A stretch of 64,000 nt of DNA. Origin: Chiloscyllium plagiosum (Eukaryota). The notes beneath the pieces are model-generated. The model did not search any database. It worked only from the letters and a program-made list of their open reading frames with translations, and was not told where the DNA came from. Positions 61,093 to 64,000 of the stretch are shown here, piece by piece. The stretch's first letter is position 1; every line of letters starts with the position of its first letter. A program made the position numbers and the translations under genes. The DNA lies in assembly GCF_004010195.1 (NCBI RefSeq), contig NC_057745.1, forward strand, positions 6,328,861-6,392,860, written 5' to 3'.

Positions 61093-62063
61093 ATCCCTTT
61101 TGCACCAGCATGTCAGCCTAAACATTTGTGCTCAAGTCTCTGGAACACATCTTCAAGCAAACAGTCTTCTGACTCAGAGGTAAAAGTGATTGGTACCCCT
61201 GAACCCACAGCTGACAGCAAAAGTCTTTTATCTAAACTGATGTAAAGTATTTCAGACATTGGAAATCTGAATTGAAAATGTCAAAAATACTCAGTGGGTT
61301 AGGCAGTAAGATGGAGAGAGAAATAGGGCTAATGTTTCACATCAGTGATGAAAACTCACAAACCTGAAGTGTTAACCATTTCTCTTTGATTATGGGATTT
61401 CTCAACACACTTGCCATTTATGGCCAATCCTAAATTGCCCATGAGAATGTGTTCATGAACTGTCTTAGTGAACCATCTTAGTGAACCATCGCAGTCTATA
61501 TGGTAAAGATGCTCCTGCAAAGCAATGAGTTAGGGAATTCCAGAATATATACCCAATAGTCACAAACAGGAAATATATCACATTTTTCCAAACAAACCAT
61601 AATCCCAACAGGAACACAGAAAAGAAAAAAGTCGGCGATGGGGAACAATTTGAGCATGGCTGATCCTTCATTCACTTACCATATTCCTGCTTTCTCCCCA
61701 TTTTCCTTGATGCCTTTAAAATCTAAATATCTATCTCTTGTGCACTAAATGGAACATGTTTAAAATGAGAAACCCAGACTGACGTTTCAGTGCAGTATTG
61801 AGGGGGTGCTGCACTGTGTCGGCCTCAGCTCCTCGTACACATGAATGTAAGACACCCCATGTCACTGTTTTGGGAAAAAAACAGTGTGTTCTCCTTGGTG
61901 TCTCACCAATATTTATTCCTCAATCAAAAATGTTTATGTGGCTGTTGACATATTGCGGTTTGTATGAGTTTACTGTGTGCAAATTGGTTGCTGCAATTTC
62001 TGCATGATGTCAGTCTTTGAAAATAAGGCCATTTTAAGGAGCAACAAGAACAGCTCCAAAGTT

Positions 62064-62267
62064 AAAGGTCACACAACACCAAGTTATAGTCCAACAAGTT
62101 TATTTGAAATCACAAGCTTTCAGAGCATAGCCCCTTTTTCAAGTTACCTGATTAAGGGGCTACACTGAAAAGCTTGTGATTTCACATAAACCTGTGAGTC
62201 TATAACCTGGTGTTGTGGGACCTCTAACTTTGTCCACTCCAGTCCAACACCGACACCTCCACATCAT
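62064..62267. mobile_element. Family B palindromic mini-element, diverged
   Basis: Inverted arms, a decayed hammerhead (CTGATTAAGGGGC...GAAAAGCTTGTG) and the same tail. TSD AG(C/T)TCCAAAGTT at 62052-62063 and 62268-62279. Confidence 0.75.
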
Positions 62268-62499
62268 AGTTCCAAAGTTGATTGAGAGCAGATGATGCTC
62301 AATCGACTTTTTATTGAAGCGTTGAACTCTCCCCTTCCAACTTCATTTTGATTTAGCTTCCTCCCTCTCTCCCCTTTGATCCCCTAAACAGGCACTGCAT
62401 GTAAATTAATCAATTGGAAAACATGAATGATTCACTGGTGGTAGGTTAACACATAGGAAAATACACAAGTGATGGGAAAGAAAAAGTTGAGTTGTACAT

Positions 62500-62808
62500 G
62501 GGTAGGGATGTACAGCACGGAAACAGACCCTTCAGTCCAACTTGTCCATGCCGACCAGAGATCCCAACCCAATCTGTCCCACCTGCCAGCACCCAGCCCA
62601 TATCCCTCAAAACCCTTCCTATTCATATACCAATCTAGGTGCCTTTTAAATGTTGTAATTGTACCCGCCTCCACCGCTTCCTCTGGCAGCTCATTCCATA
62701 CATGTACCACCCTCTGTGTGAAAACGTTGCCCCTTAGGTCTCTTTTGTATCTTTCCCCTCTCATCCTAAACCTATGCCTTCTAGTTCTGGACTTCCTGAC
62801 CCCAGGCA
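62500..62808 (-). mobile_element. CR1/HER1-like LINE 3' end
   Basis: SRTR.HRF..RGER.KRDLRGN.FTQRVV.VWNELPEE.VEAGTI..FKRHLD. Further copies lie at about 12510-12780 (-) and 38530-38725 (+). Confidence 0.85.
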
Positions 62809-64000
62809 ACCTTCTGGATCTAAAAGAAAGAAAAAGAGTTGAATTCTTCATTTTCTATATTGGACATTGCCTGTAATTTGATATTGGAAACAGGCAATTT
62901 ATTGATGGTGAATAATAGAGAAAAAGTGCCACAGATGATTTGGTGGTGGATTCCTCCCGATTGGGGGCTTGACTTCTGGACAGGGAATGGTTCCAGTGGG
63001 GAAAAGATGAGAACTGATATTTGCACTAAGCTTTGCATTTACAATCAAATCTATTGGTCTGTTAAACACATGCAACACTAAATACACTTCATATTTACTC
63101 TGACTTGAGAAACCCCTTATTCATGGCAACCTCCCTAGAATCTGTGGTTCCAGGTTGGACGTGCCAAGTCATCTGAGCACACACAAATCATAATGCCCAG
63201 CAGACATCAGACTCACTTCAAGAGACTGACAATGGCAAAAATATTAATGAGAGAGAAGATATATTCCCTGGTGGCAGAATCCAGGGAACAAATGGATATC
63301 ATCTTAAAATAAGAACATGGCCATTCAGGAATAAATTAATTCTTGGGATGGAGAGATTGTGCTGTGAGGAAAGATTAAATTGATTTAATTTATTCTCTCG
63401 AGTTTGGAAGGGTGAGAATTGATCTTCATTCAGGATTCTGTTGTACACAAAGTTAAATCTGCACCACTGCTCACCACATTGTACTTACATTGAAGGTGAG
63501 TCTGCACCTCACCATATGGTAGGTTCTTCATCACCATCTTCTTTTATGAATAAGGACATGCTTGGTCAAATTTGGTTGAGGAGAAACATTTTCAACTAGA
63601 AGAGGCTCTTGCATTGAACAAGAATGAGATTAGAGCACATTAATTAGAGCACACCAGTTACATTGTTATGAGGAGTACCTGGATGCTAATTTTATCGCTT
63701 AATTGCTCCGAGATCTTAAGCTGTTCTTCCCACAAGACCACTTGGTATTGTTGTAATGGGTGTGCTTATGGCATCTCTCTGAATTAGTCCTTTTATCACA
63801 CACATATACAACTGGCTTGACAAGGTAATTGCGTTATATTTCCCCTGACTATGGGGTCTAGAATTAGGGGTCACAGTCTCAGAATAAGGGACATGTAATT
63901 TCGGACTGAGAGGAGGAGAAATTCTTTACTTAGAAATGAATCTTTGAAATGAGTTGCCACAAGAGTTGTGGAGGATCAGCCATTGAGTATGTTTAAGGCA

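Overview
Eukaryotic genomic DNA, not prokaryotic. It is vertebrate and very probably a shark, inferred from HE1-type V-SINEs and CR1/HER1-like LINE tails. The window is repeat-rich and has three N gaps. Three spliced protein-coding genes can be reconstructed with canonical GT-AG, phase-0 junctions. (1) A p24gamma/TMED3-7-like gene on + (exons 5561-5698, 9290-9538, 12852-13088; 207 aa). (2) An ISG20-like DEDDh exonuclease on - (30968-30738, 25018-24818, 23300-23151; 193 aa). (3) AEN on - (48565-47792, 45686-45486, 43942-43739; 392 aa), with a CpG-island/CCAAT promoter near 51.8-52.35 kb. AEN followed by ISG20 in tandem is the human gene order. The repeats include four truncated Penelope-like retroelements (RT + GIY-YIG), CR1 LINE pieces, V-SINEs, a Gypsy remnant plus a solo LTR, a TA-flanked MITE and three minisatellites. 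The most notable structure that the ORF track does not explain is a set of many short (100-330 bp), often palindromic, TSD-flanked elements derived from Penelope terminal repeats. They carry minimal hammerhead-ribozyme motifs from about four families. One is a perfect 90-bp inverted repeat with an intact hammerhead core on each strand, lying in the likely AEN 3' UTR. An ISG20 intron also contains a dense ISRE/IRF cluster. Repeat boundaries were read by eye and no searches were run.
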